In this document: positions 36,696-48,824 of the stretch, piece by piece
How the letters are laid out: the number at the start of each line of letters is the position of its first letter
How positions within the stretch are numbered: position 1 is the first letter of the stretch
From: Octopus sinensis
Lineage: Eukaryota
DNA length: 49,825 nt
Assembly: GCF_006345805.1 (NCBI RefSeq)
Contig: NW_021834381.1
Location: 1-49,825 of the forward strand
Direction of reading: 5' to 3'
The notes under the pieces: generated by a model
What the model was told of the DNA's origin: nothing
Databases searched by the model: none
Seen by the model: only the letters and a program-made list of their open reading frames with translations
Position numbers and translations under genes: made by a program

Positions 36696-36806
36696 TTGAT
36701 CACTTGACTGACCAGACCATCAGATGTTGCTACACATCGCTGGTCACAATGCGTTCGCATTGTTTTAGCCTTCGAACGATGCCACCCCGCCGGCTAAGCA
36801 AGCAGG

Positions 36807-36840
<34 letters not shown>

Positions 36841-36951
36841 TTGATCACTTGACTGACCAGACCATCAGATGTTGCTACACATCGCTGGTCACAATGCGTT
36901 CGCATTGTTTTAGCCTTCAAACGACGCCACCCCGCTGGCTAAGCGAGCAGG

Positions 36952-36993
<42 letters not shown>

Positions 36994-37189
36994 AAAATGA
37001 GATAGGGGTTATGAGTGTAACCCACTATGGGATATCATTTATCCAATATACTGCCAGTAAAGTACCCAGAAGGCTAATACATAAATGCTAAGAATTGCAA
37101 TGCAATTAATTCATTTATTGTATTATATGGGCGAAGGTAAAATGTTTTACCTCAAATTACCTCAAATCTATCCCTCCATTTTCTTATTT

Positions 37190-37225
<36 letters not shown>

Positions 37226-37472
37226 GATGATGGGCTTCTTTCAGTTTCTGTCTACCAGTCCAAAGGTGTCACAGAATGGAACCAAACGCTAAATCTTATA
37301 CTCCTTGCTCATGTTTCTTTCTGGATGTCAAACTATGAATGCAAGGAAATAAAACAAATTCAAACTTTTTTACTGCACAGGTTCATATTGAAATGCTAAA
37401 CTGTGGAACCTATTCCCAATATCAACCAAGAATTTGGCCAGAGGACCATCACCAACCGTTGTTCCAATATTT

Positions 37473-37879
37473 CATCATCATCATCATCATCATCGTTTAA
37501 CGTCCGCTTTCCATGCTAGCATGGGTTGGACGGTTCAACTGGGGTCTGGCAAGCCCAAAGGCTGCACCAGGCCAGTTAGATCTGGCAGTGTTTCTACAGC
37601 TGGATGCCCTTCCTAACGCCAACCACTCCGAGAGTGTAGTGGGTGATTTTATGTGCAACCGACACAGGTGCCAGACGAGGCTGGCAGACGGCCACGCTCG
37701 GATGGTGTTTTTTATGTGCCACCGACACAGGTGCCAGACGAGGCTGGCAGACTGCCACGCTCGGATGGTGTTTTTTATGTGCCACCGACACAGGTGCCAG
37801 ACGAGGCTGGCAGATGGCCACGCTCGGATGGTGTTTTTTATGTGCCACCGACACAGGTGCCAGACGAGGCTGGCAGACG
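37473..37879 (-). mobile_element. RTE 3' end with 63-bp tandem units
   Basis: Units at 37651, 37714, 37777 and 37840; (CAT)n tail. Confidence 0.85.
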
Positions 37880-38487
37880 ATTTGTTCTAAATATTTTGTA
37901 GCAGAGACAGACCAAAGTTGAGGATGAGGATTGGTGTAAGAAAACTACTTGTGTACAGTCATGTGTTCCAGATTGAAGAGAACAGCTGAAGAAAGTGGTG
38001 CCAATCAGAAAATTTGGATAGATTGTGTGGAAGAAGCAGGTCAAGGAAGATGTGAAGTGAAGTAGTAAAGAAAGATCTCTGGATGTTGAGTTTTGTAATG
38101 GACTGCGATAAAATCAATATGCTGTGCTTGAGAATTGAAATGTAAAACAGTGGAACCAACTCACGATATCAACAGTGGAATACCAACAACCATTGTTCTA
38201 ACATTTGTTAATCATTTGAAGGAGAGATGAGATCAACCTTGAAGATAAGAACAGTCATAGACGACAACTTTCTGCTATTGCCTATATTATGACAAGTAAC
38301 AAAAATATAGATTTTATATGATAATCTTCAATGTTCTGTACATTGTCTAGACTGAGATTACGCACAAATATACTTTCACAAACCAAAGTTGATCAAAATA
38401 ACTGTATTGTCAGTGAAAGGTAATTGTTTAGTGAAATGATCCACAAATATTACAAAACAAAAAAAATATTAATTTGATATTAATTAC

Positions 38488-38597
38488 CTTGACACATGTA
38501 ATTGTACGCCAAGATGCTTCTACAAAAAGTTTTCGCAAATTTCTCTTCTTTTGCACTTCTGTCATCTATCTCGATTTCGATGGCTGCTTCGCAATAC
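38488..38597 (-). CDS. STAND-TPR gene exon (TPR-like)
   Basis: caacccAG|GTATTG ... CAAG|gtaatt; phase 2 to 1; YCEAAIEIEIDDRSAKEEKFAKTFCRSILAYNYMCQ. Confidence 0.82.
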
Positions 38598-39234
38598 CTG
38601 GGTTGGCAAAAGAATTGGGAATTAATTTTAGAAAAGAAACTGTGAAAAGAAACTAATGTACAAAGATACATTTACTTCTGTTTGATCATATATTACCTGT
38701 GTTTGTATTGCTAAGCTGATCTAAGCTGCAGCAACTCTCACAGACTAATTAAATCTACCACCTTTTGTTACCATATTTCTCTTCAAGTAAACTGATTTTA
38801 TTTCAGTTAATTTTCAAAATAATGAAGGATTTATGAAAATAACTTTCTCATTGTGAAGTTGCTGTTTGGAACATAAAATAACATTTTGATGAAAAATTTT
38901 CATTTAGACCACTTTAAAACAAAAAGTTAGTGTCATATGAAAACGGCTGGTCTCAAGATAGTTAATATCAAAACGCTTCTAAACCATTTATTCTAAGTAT
39001 TTTGTAAATCCAGTTTAGAGGGTTCCCATAATAAAACAAAAACTTCTATTTCATAATGAATCTATTTCCTAAGTTTTACAGTCACAGCTGAGCACATTTC
39101 TCAACACCTTTAGCTTATATTGCAAAGTCAGCAGAGAGCACAAGTTCTAGTGGATGGTATGGTCGAATGTATGGACTGTAGTATAGTATTTTAGCAAACC
39201 CATAAAACAAAACCAAAATCTACTTCAATGAGAC

Positions 39235-39716
39235 TTAACCCTTTTGTTACTATATTTCTGCAGAGATGTTCTGTATTTCTCTCAGTTGCTTTAAATATAA
39301 CAAAGAATTTAGTAAAATAACTTAGTTATCATTCAGCTAGTGTTAGGAACATAAATTGTGACTAAGGTTTGGTGGAAGATTTTAATTCAAAACTTATGAA
39401 AACAAGACATTTGTACTACAGAGCGAGAGGCGGTTTCAGGTGGGTTGGTATCAAAAGAGTTAATGTGGTACCAGCACGAGTGCTTTTAAGCCATTTGTTA
39501 GCATATTTCTGTAGAGATGCTCTGTGTTTCTTTCAATTAATTTTAAATATAACAAAGAATTTTGTAAAATAACTTAGTTATCATTCAGTTAGTGTTAGGA
39601 ACATACATTGTGACTAAGGTTTGGTGGAAGATTTTAATTCAGAACTTATGAAAACAAAACATTTGTCCTACAGAGCCAGAGGCAGTTTCAGGCGGTTTGG
39701 TACCAAAAGGGTCAAA
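39235..39716. mobile_element. Two tandem piggyBac-type MITE copies of about 225 bp
   Basis: TTAA|CCCTTTTG ... CAAAAGAG|TTAA (39235-39463); second, more decayed copy at about 39486-39716; partial copy at about 42620-42722. Confidence 0.6.
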
Positions 39717-40090
39717 CAGAATATGCAGAGGACTGAGGGAAAGATCAAAAGGTCAATCGCCATAATACTTCTTGAATTTATATTGGGATTTAGAGAAGTA
39801 ACATGAAGGGACTGGAATAATATTGGTCTCAAATTTTGGGGCAAGGCCAACAATTTCGGCAGAGAGAATAAGTCAGTTACATACACCCCAGTATTCAACT
39901 GGTACTTATTTTCCTGACTCTTAAAGGTCAAAAAGTAATGTCAGCCTTGGCACAATTTGAACTCAGAATCTACAGATTGATGAAATGCCAGTAAGCATTT
40001 GGCCAGGCATTCTAACAACTCTGTCAGAGAACCGTCTGGGACTAGAATAATATTATTATTTTATCAACAATATATTTTCAAAAATATTAC

Positions 40091-40238
40091 CTGCGGGCAT
40101 CGTTCCAGGAGCCTTTCCAATAAGAGATCATGGCCAATGTAGTATATACGTTGATTATCTTGAAATTATCCTTCAAAGTTTGAAGGGTGCCAAGTGCTTT
40201 CTTGCAAAACTCTTCACCTTTTGAGAGATTCCTGTCAA
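40091..40238 (-). CDS. STAND-TPR gene exon (TPR-like)
   Basis: tgtcttAG|TTGAC ... CGCAG|gtaata; phase 1 to 2; DRNLSKGEEFCKKALGTLQTLKDNFKIINVYTTLAMISYWKGSWNDAR. Confidence 0.85.
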
Positions 40239-41465
40239 CTAAGACAGTAAAAAAGAGTAGAAGAAAGAAAGAAAATTTTAAGCATAATGTGTTCAAGATA
40301 TTGGCAAAACAGGTATAGATATTCTTTTCTACTCCAGGAAATTTGGGGGGAGGGGGCCAGGCAATTAGATCGACACCAGTACGCAACTGGTACTTAATTT
40401 ATCGACCTCAAAAGGATGAAAGGCAAAGTAGACCTTGGTGGAATTTGAACTAAGAATGTAAAGACAGATAAAATACCGCAAAGTATTTCACCTGGCATGC
40501 TAATGTTTCTTCCAGCTCGCTGCCGTAGAGAGAATCTCTTTTTGGTTAGACAAAGTTGAAGATTCTGCATATTTAATTTTCAATTTCAAAAGTTTTTAAT
40601 TCTCTTTTTTTTATTGCATAAAATAAAATTACTAATTTTAAAAATTTTCATTTTGGCAGCCATGTTTAGCATTATTTCTCAAAAAGGAAAGAGAAGATAG
40701 TTCATAATTCGAAAGACATTTCATTTTTTCTTTTTCTTCAAATTTTGGCACAAGGCCAGCAATTCTAGGATATGGGATAAATCGATTACATCAACCCCAA
40801 TGTTTAACTGGTACTTATTTTATTGATCCCAAAAGGATGAAAGACAACCTTAACAGAATTTGAATTCAGAACATACAGACAGACAAAATGCCATTAAGCA
40901 TTTCATCCAGAGTGCTAATGATTCTGTCAGTTTGCCATCTGATGCAGCTAAAATATTATGGTACCAGGCCATCCCACCTTCTAGATGTTTCCAACCAAAG
41001 ATAGCTCAGGATCTTAAATCCAGAGTTTCCCATCACTCACCAAGTCATCTTACACCGCATGTGAGGCACCTGTGCCAGTGACAAGTAAAACAAAGGTGAC
41101 AAGGATATTTCTTTTTGTCTTTTGATTGTACTTAACTCAGGGTTTACCAGCTAAGTTGGAAGGAAGGGGTGTGGTTAGTCTTTTAGTTCCCAAATACTTG
41201 CAGTGAGTGGAGTTTAGTTTCGTTATATATTTCATTTATTTCTGTATGTTTTCATGCTACATAGTTACATAGAAACCTAGCTGGGTAGAGAGAAAGCCAA
41301 TTGTTCTAAAGATTGGTAGCTACAATTGTTAGTTGAGCAAGGCACCTTCAAATACTATCAATATATGAGGGAAACATACCATCAAGAGAGGTTATATAAT
41401 AAATGGTATCAGATATATAAAAATGATATCAGATATATAAAAATGATATCAGACTAAATAATTAC

Positions 41466-41619
41466 CTGAATGCTTAATAAGAGACTGACCGATCTTGTAT
41501 TGAAGGAAAGCTTGTTCCCCTTTGGAGCCGAACAGGCAAGACATATCGTAGCAACACTGGTAAAAGCTGACTGCTCTATTAGGATGCAGAGAAATAATCT
41601 TACCAGCTTTCTCACAGAG
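41466..41619 (-). CDS. STAND-TPR gene exon (start of TPR-like region)
   Basis: ctaaacAG|CTCTGT ... TCAG|gtaatt; phase 0 to 1; LCEKAGKIISLHPNRAVSFYQCCYDMSCLFGSKGEQAFLQYKIGQSLIKHS. Confidence 0.82.
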
Positions 41620-41700
41620 CTGTTTAGAGAGTAATAAAAAGAGAGTAGACATCAGATGAAGAAACAACAATGATAAGAGCAAGTAGTAGTAGTAGTAGTT

Positions 41701-41740
<40 letters not shown>

Positions 41741-42169
41741 CTGTTAATGGTATCTGTTAGGCGAAGTGGTTGATTGGCCTAACTGAGTATTGAGATGCTT
41801 GGATGTTTCACTGATGTGGCTAGTATCCCTACAAGATGGTGATGGTAGTTCCAGGTAAAAAAAAAAAAACTTGCACAGAGAAAATCCCAGATGAATGACG
41901 ATATTGGGAAGGAGTATAAGGTATAGTAGGGGGTGGTGGGATGACAGAAGGATAGATGTATGAGTCTGGAAGTCCAGAGAGGATACAGTACCAATCAGTT
42001 TTGAAAAATTGGCTGGTATCACGTCACAGTACCAGTTCACTGTAGTAGTGGTAAAAAGACAGAGTGAGGAGAGACAGCATGTCTGTGAGCCAAAAGTTAG
42101 AATGAGTTGACAAGTGGCTTTATATGAATTAGTCAAGTGGCCATTATTATTAATTGTGGTGTCCTGTCT

Positions 42170-42476
42170 CACTTGAAGACTCCGCCAGTTACGACGACGA
42201 GGGTCCCAGCTGATACGATCAACGGAACAGCTTGCTCGTGAAATTAACGTGCAAATGGCTGAGCATTCCACAGACACGTGTACCCTTAACGTAGTTCTCG
42301 GGGATAATCAGCGTGACACAGTACAACAAGTACAACTCATTTTTGCCAGCTGAGTGGACTGGAGCAACGTGAAATAAAGTGTCTTGCTCAAGGACACAAC
42401 GCGTCGCCGGGAATCGAACTCACAATCTTACGATCATGAGCCGAATGCCCTAACCACTAAGCCACGCGCCCTCACA
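42170..42476 (-). mobile_element. Mosaic tRNA-derived SINE (gtgtccttgagcaagacac domain with family C tail)
   Basis: Head gagggcgcgtggcttagtggttaggg...gagttcgattccc; tail gaactacgttaagggtacacgtgtc...cctcgtcgtcgtaac. Confidence 0.8.
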
Positions 42477-43252
42477 CTACCATATGAACGCGCCCTGTCT
42501 CACTACCATATGAACAGTAACTTACTTTCAGACACTCCAGTTCACCAAGGAATTAAGAAGTAGCATAACATTTTAAAACTGATGTTCAGCTGTTTAGCTT
42601 ACAAGTGTTTTGCTAACTTGCAGACATGGTGGAGAATTTTATTTCAGAACTTTTGAAAAAAACAGACATTTTTACTACAGAGCCAGAGGCAGTTTCAGGT
42701 GGGTTGATATCAAAAACGGTTAAACTACCAAAATATAACTAACTCAACAAATACTATCGTAACTGTATAACGATGGCCTTCACTCAGACATCTTGACCTC
42801 AATACTTTCTATAACGCTGAAGTTTTACAACTAATATATGATGAGATTTACGCACATGTTTAGTTCTTGCAATTTATCAACTACGAAACTGTTCAGGTCT
42901 CTGCTCTTTCACTCTTATTCCCATCTTACAAATTGTTTTGTCATGACAAAATGATTTTGGGTTGCAAAATATTTTTCTTGATACAAAATGATTTCCTCTG
43001 ACAAAATTCAGTTTTTCTTTCCAGTGCATAGATCTTATATGTTTTTATTTTATATATACATACAACAATCCCTCGACTATTGTGGGTGTTTTGTTCCAAA
43101 ACCACCCCCATGGTAGGGGAAAATCCATGAAATAGAAACAGTACTGTACAGTATTTTTAAAAAATTATTTTATATAATTTGTATATATTTTATTATAAAT
43201 GCAAAACAACACCATGGAGGAATCAATGTAAGCTTAAATAATAATATGCAAT

Positions 43253-43640
43253 GGAAATGGAAGCACTCCGTCGGTTACGACGATGAGGGTTCCGGTTGAT
43301 CCGACCAACGGAACAGCCTGCTCGTGAAATTAACATGTAAGTGGCTGAGCACTCCACAGACACGTGTACCCTTAACATAGTTCTCAGGGATATTGAGCGT
43401 GACACAGAGAGTGACAAAGCCAGCCCCTTGAAATACAGGTACAACAGAAACAGGAAGAAAGAGTGAGAGAAAGTTGTGGTGAAAGAGTACAGCAGGGATC
43501 ACCACCATCCCCTGCCGGAGCATCGTGGAGCTTTAGGTGTTTTCGCTCAATAAACACTCACAACGCCCGGTCTGGGAATCGAAACCGCGATCCTACGACC
43601 GCGAGTCCGCTGCCCTAACCACTGGGCCATTGCACCTCCG
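43253..43640 (-). mobile_element. SINE family C, full-length with 13-bp TSD
   Basis: TSD aataatatgcaat at 43240-43252 and 43641-43653. Confidence 0.9.
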
Positions 43641-43827
43641 AATAATATGCAATAGGTGAACCACAATATGGCATACACACATACATATATATATATATAT
43701 TGATAAAAATGGTAAGACAACAAAAGAATGAAAGAGACCTCAATATTTTGTAAATAGACGAATTTATCTGTAAATGTCATATATTTATATGCAAATGTCA
43801 TTTTTCATAGCATTTTTCTGATGGCCG

Positions 43828-43888
43828 GATAACTGAAGAGATGGCGGCGGGGATTTCCACCTCGGCATCCGAAACTCAGAGTTTTATC
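43828..43888 (+). ncRNA. Putative type I hammerhead ribozyme (CUGAAGA core)
   Basis: GAUAA/UUAUC stem I, CUGAAGA, GAUG/CAUC stem II (extra C before GAAA), ACUC-A-GAGU stem III, GUU site. Confidence 0.55.
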
Positions 43889-44184
43889 ATGGCTACTGAA
43901 TAATTGTCACATAGTACATTTACAGATATATATATATAATTTCTTACAGTTTGTTTTGTGATTTGCTTTTTTTAACAAAAAATGTTTCTGTTATTGTTTG
44001 ATCCTCCTCCTCCTCCTCCTCCTCATTATCATCATCATCATCATCATCATCATCGCTATGACTACAACTATCAACGCAATGCGTCAGTTATATTGTGCAG
44101 CCCCTTCTTCAGGGAGCACAACACTGGTTTCTACTGCTGTGTTTTTCTGTTGATTCTGTTATTAACCTTTCAGTATTCAGATTA

Positions 44185-44215
<31 letters not shown>

Positions 44216-44814
44216 CCTCTCTCTCTCTCTCTCTCCCTCCCTCTCTCTCTCCCTCCTTCTCTCTCTCTCTCTCTCTCTCTCAAATGTAAAGCTTATTTAT
44301 CTACTTTCTCTTGCAACAATCATGGATTATTTTGTAGCTTTGAGATTTTGATGATTCACACAGTTCTATATTCAAGAAGTGAGGAATTATGTACATTGTT
44401 TACATTATTTACATTATTTACATTTGCTGGATAACAAACAAGATGAGGACAAATATCTGTCAAATGTAAATAATGTAAATAATGTTGGATGGTTCAACTG
44501 TTAATTTCTAGAATGATGTTGTAGGGTTGTTGTGAACAGCCAGACCTGGCCAGTCCAAACATAAAACAGGCGGAATATTTTAGCTGGATATGGTCAGCTT
44601 GGATGCTAGTTAGCTAAACAATGAGCAATCACCCAACACAGCAGGACTAAAATTCTATTAAAGAAAGTCTGTCTAATTGCACAAGATGACTTCAGTAACA
44701 AAGAGTCTTCAAAAGCAATGCCAACTTCAAGAATACTCAAAATTTAGCTTACTCATACTCTACAGACTAAAATGAAAGACAGGGAATCATAATTGTCATA
44801 ACTACCAATATCGG

Positions 44815-44975
44815 TGCCAGTGCAGCTGTGTGGTAAGAAGTTTGCTTGCCAGCCACATGGTTCTGGGTTCAGTCCCACTGTGTGGCACCTTGGGCAAGTG
44901 TCTTTTACTGTAGCCTCAGGCCAACCAAAACATTGTGAGTGGATTTGGTAGACGAAAAATGAGAGAAGCCCATTG

Positions 44976-45014
<39 letters not shown>

Positions 45015-45430
45015 GAAATTTACAGAAAAACAAAAGATGAAGACAGGTGTATGAACAACAAACAGGTTTATTAGTTTGACGCTCAGGAAGGTGAGAAAGT
45101 ATTTTACGTTTCAAGCGTACGCTCTTCATCAGAAAGGAACACAAGGAAATGAACAGAGAGAGAATAAAATATCTTGTTGATCAAGCAATGTGTATGTCTT
45201 TGTGTCTGTGCTTGTCTCCCCTACCTCTCCCCCTACACATACATGTGACAAACAGTGTTAGAATGTCATGTATATTGCCATAACTTAGCAGTTCAGTAAA
45301 ATAGACCAATAGAATATTCATCAGGCTTCAAAAAAAAGTCCTGGGGGTGTAATTCACCCAACCAAAGTTCTTGAAGATGGTGCCCCAGCATGGCCATAAT
45401 CTAATAGCTGAAACAAGTAAAGAGTTAAAA
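44815..45430 (+). mobile_element. Old SINE A split by a Penelope-type insertion at about 44980-45180
   Basis: 5' half at about 44815-44975 and 3' half at about 45190-45430 flank (TA)n plus the pLTR-family copy. Confidence 0.6.
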
Positions 45431-45444
45431 AATAAAAGGTAATA

Positions 45445-45860
45445 GGTGCAGGAGTAGTTGTGTGGTAAGAAGCTTGCTTACCAACCACATGGTTCCAAGT
45501 TCAGTACCACTGCGTGGTACCTTGGACAAGTGTCTTCTACTGTAGCCTCAGGCCAACTGAAGCTTTGTGGATTTGTTAGACAAAAACTGAAAGAAGCCTG
45601 TCATTTGTGTGTGTGTGTGTGTGTGTATGTGCATGTATATGTGTGTATGGTTGTGCGTCTGCGTTTGTCTCCCCACCATCACTTGACAACTGATGTTGGT
45701 GTGTTTACATTCCTGTAAATTAGCGGTTCAACAAAAGAGACTGATAAAATAAGTACTGGGCTTACAAAAAATAAGTTCCAAGATCAATTTGTTTGACTAA
45801 AAATGCGGTGCTCCAGCATGGCCGCAGTCAAATGACAGAAACAAATAAAAGAATAAAAGA
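45445..45860 (+). mobile_element. SINE family A, older full-length copy
   Basis: Complete head-to-tail match; its tail ends about 40 nt from the donor of the large exon. Confidence 0.8.
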
Positions 45861-45896
45861 ATCTAAAACTAGAGGAAAGGTAAGAAGATTACTTAC

Positions 45897-46898
45897 AGCA
45901 TAAAGGTTTTGAAAATACAAACAGTCACCATCTGGGCCGTGAAGCACTTTGCCAAACAAAGTTAGAATTGTGTGTTTATGGTCAGCAAGAATATTGTGTA
46001 CCTGTTGAAATTTGTTGTCCTGGAAATAGCTTGCAGCCGTTAGAAATATTTCTCCAGTCATGTGATTAAAATTCAAACGTGCAAGGCATGAGGACCTCAC
46101 ACTGTAGAATGATTGGTTAACTAGCGATTGGTTGACTGGTTGACTGGTTGACTGGTTGTCTGGCCATAACTGGCTGCAAGCTTGTCTGATGACTGGTTGT
46201 AAGCTGTAAGTTTGGTCTTCGTTTTCAATGAGTAATCCTGATTTCTTGATGACATGACTCGGATTTTCTAAGCTGTTTTCGCTGCAGTTAGCCCTTTCAG
46301 CTGCTCTTTGAAGATAGTCATACGAGAACTTGACATCTGAATGAGACAGTATGGCCAGTAATTTTTGAACAGGTTGTGATGTTCTTTTTAACATACCTTT
46401 AATATATTTAAAATATCTATCTGGAATTTCAAATTTTTCAAAACAATCTTCAACACCTTTTTCGTTAGGGAAAAGTGACAATGTTTTAGCAAGTTCGAGT
46501 ATCATTAAAGGGAATCCACAACACCAATCAAGAAGTGTATTAACCAACCCCTCACAGCTAGAAGGCAAATTTGATGAGAACTCACAGTCAAAGAGTTCTC
46601 TCGCTTTTGATTTTCCTAAAGGCAACACCTGGAATTCTTTTGTACAAAGTTCATTGGTCAATAATGGTTCAAGCCCTCGAAACACCAGTATAAAAGTGGT
46701 CTCTGGAAAAGTGATACTGGAATTTCTCATGAACTCGAGTTCTTCAGATCTTTTAGTGGGTAGTAAAGTGTCAAAATGATCGAAAACAATGATATTTCCC
46801 CGTTTTAATTTGCCAAGATTTTGGCAATCAACATAATTTGTTTTACAACAAAAATATTGGACTTCTCTTGATGTCTCTGTCTTGACTACCTTCAGAAC
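45897..46898 (-). CDS. STAND/NB-ARC-TPR gene, 1002-nt exon (Walker B, helical domain, winged helix)
   Basis: Lies in the 370-aa ORF; acceptor tttcAG|GTTCTG and donor TATGCT|gtaagt, phase 0-0; motifs IIVFDHFD (Walker B), VLPLGKSKARELF, WCCGFPLMI (GxP) and YSLQPVIRQ. Confidence 0.92.
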
Positions 46899-47226
46899 CT
46901 GAAAAGAAACAATATAGTAACTGTGTACGTAAATATACATATATGCTTATATATAAATATACATAGCTCTTATTTCTAGCAATTTAGATGGTATTTTTAT
47001 CACCCTTCTTACATTTAGTGACAATTATAATTCTTCTTTTTGGTGAAACATTGCAAACTGCTGTTTATATATATATATATACATATATACATACACACAC
47101 GTATATATACATATATATATGTGTGTGTTTATATATATATATATATAATATTATATATATATATACATACACCACACACATATATATGCATATATATATG
47201 TGTGTGGTTGTGTTAATATATATATA

Positions 47227-47257
<31 letters not shown>

Positions 47258-47258
47258 C

Positions 47259-47307
<49 letters not shown>

Positions 47308-47367
47308 ATATATATATATATATATCACACACATATATGTATATGTATATGCATATATGTGTGTGTG

Positions 47368-47411
<44 letters not shown>

Positions 47412-48039
47412 TAGATCCAGTTCAATTAAGTACTTAAATTGAAGGACCTTGTTAGGACAAACTAATTTGTTCAGTCAGACAATATCAGGTGAGTATCAAA
47501 CGGCTGTACGGCTGATAATTTGCTTACCACTTGTGATAGTATTTTAATAATACCATCCCTATATTTATATATATATGTGTGTGTGTGTATAAATAATTAA
47601 ATATTTACATAGTCAACTGGATTCGCTTGTGCTAATAATGACTAAAAAGTTAGTGATAATTTCATGTAATCATGAATTGTCTTTATTCCATGTTAGTAAG
47701 AGAAAGAATATTTTGTAAAAGAATGAGGAAGTAAATAAATTTCAGGGGAGGTAATCAGTGACTGTCATTATTAGAAGCAGGGGAGGTAATCACACCGCTC
47801 CTATTTTATTTTAAGCTGAACTGATAATATTGAAATGAAAAAGATATAAATTTATGACTGTTTTGGACGGCATCGAAGCACTAACATATATTTCCCCTTT
47901 GATAGCAAAAACAATACACCAAACTGTTCCTCTACCCCATCAGTGTGCACCATCACTGCTTGATTAAATGCTTTTTGAAATGTGTTTTTTATTATTATTA
48001 TTATTATTATTATATTTTATTATTGAGTGAGAGAGCAGT

Positions 48040-48100
<61 letters not shown>

Positions 48101-48407
48101 GGTGGTGAGCTGGCAGAATTGTTAGCATGCCGGGCGAAATGCTTTGTGGCATTTTATCTATCTTTTATGTTCTGAGTTCAAATTTCACCAGGGTCGACTT
48201 TGACTTTCATTCTTTCACAAATTGCATATAGGTTCATGTCTTGGTTTCATTTCACACAAATCCTGTTCCTATTTACTTCTTCTGACCTTAGTATTCTTTT
48301 CATTTTTTGGACTTTGTTTTATGTCTTCTAGGGTCACCAGTAACTCGAGTACCACATTCCACATCACATTTTATATTTCTCCTTGTGATCTTAATGCTGC
48401 AGTTACC

Positions 48408-48809
48408 ATAGGCGCAGGAGTGGCTGTGTGGTAAGTAGCTTGTTTACCAACCACATGGTTCCGGGTTCAGTCCCACTGCGTGGCACCTTGGGAAAGTGTC
48501 TTCTACTGTAGCCTCGGGCCAACCAAAGCCTTGTGAGTGGATTTGGTAGACGGAAACTGAAAGAAGCCCGTCGTATATATGTATATATATATGTGTTTGT
48601 GTGTCTGTGTTTATCCCCCCAGCATCGCTTGATAACTGATGCTGGTGTGTTTATGCCCCCATCACCTAGCGGTTCGGCAAAAGAGACTGATAGAATAAGT
48701 ACTGGGCTTACAAAAGAATAAGTCCCGGGGTCAAGTTGCTCGACTAAAGGTGGTGCTCCAGCATGGCTGCAGTCAAATGACTGAAACAAGTAAAAGAGTA
48801 AAAAGAGAG
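48408..48809 (+). mobile_element. SINE family A, full-length
   Basis: ataggcgcaggagtggctgtgtgg head to gtaaaagag tail. Confidence 0.88.
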
Positions 48810-48824
48810 TATGTCTTCAAATGC

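Noticed and set aside
44640-44780. Open minus-strand frame (LSILEVGIAFEDSLL...) as a missing exon
   Set aside because: No phase-compatible acceptor/donor pair; the flanking exons already join in phase 0.
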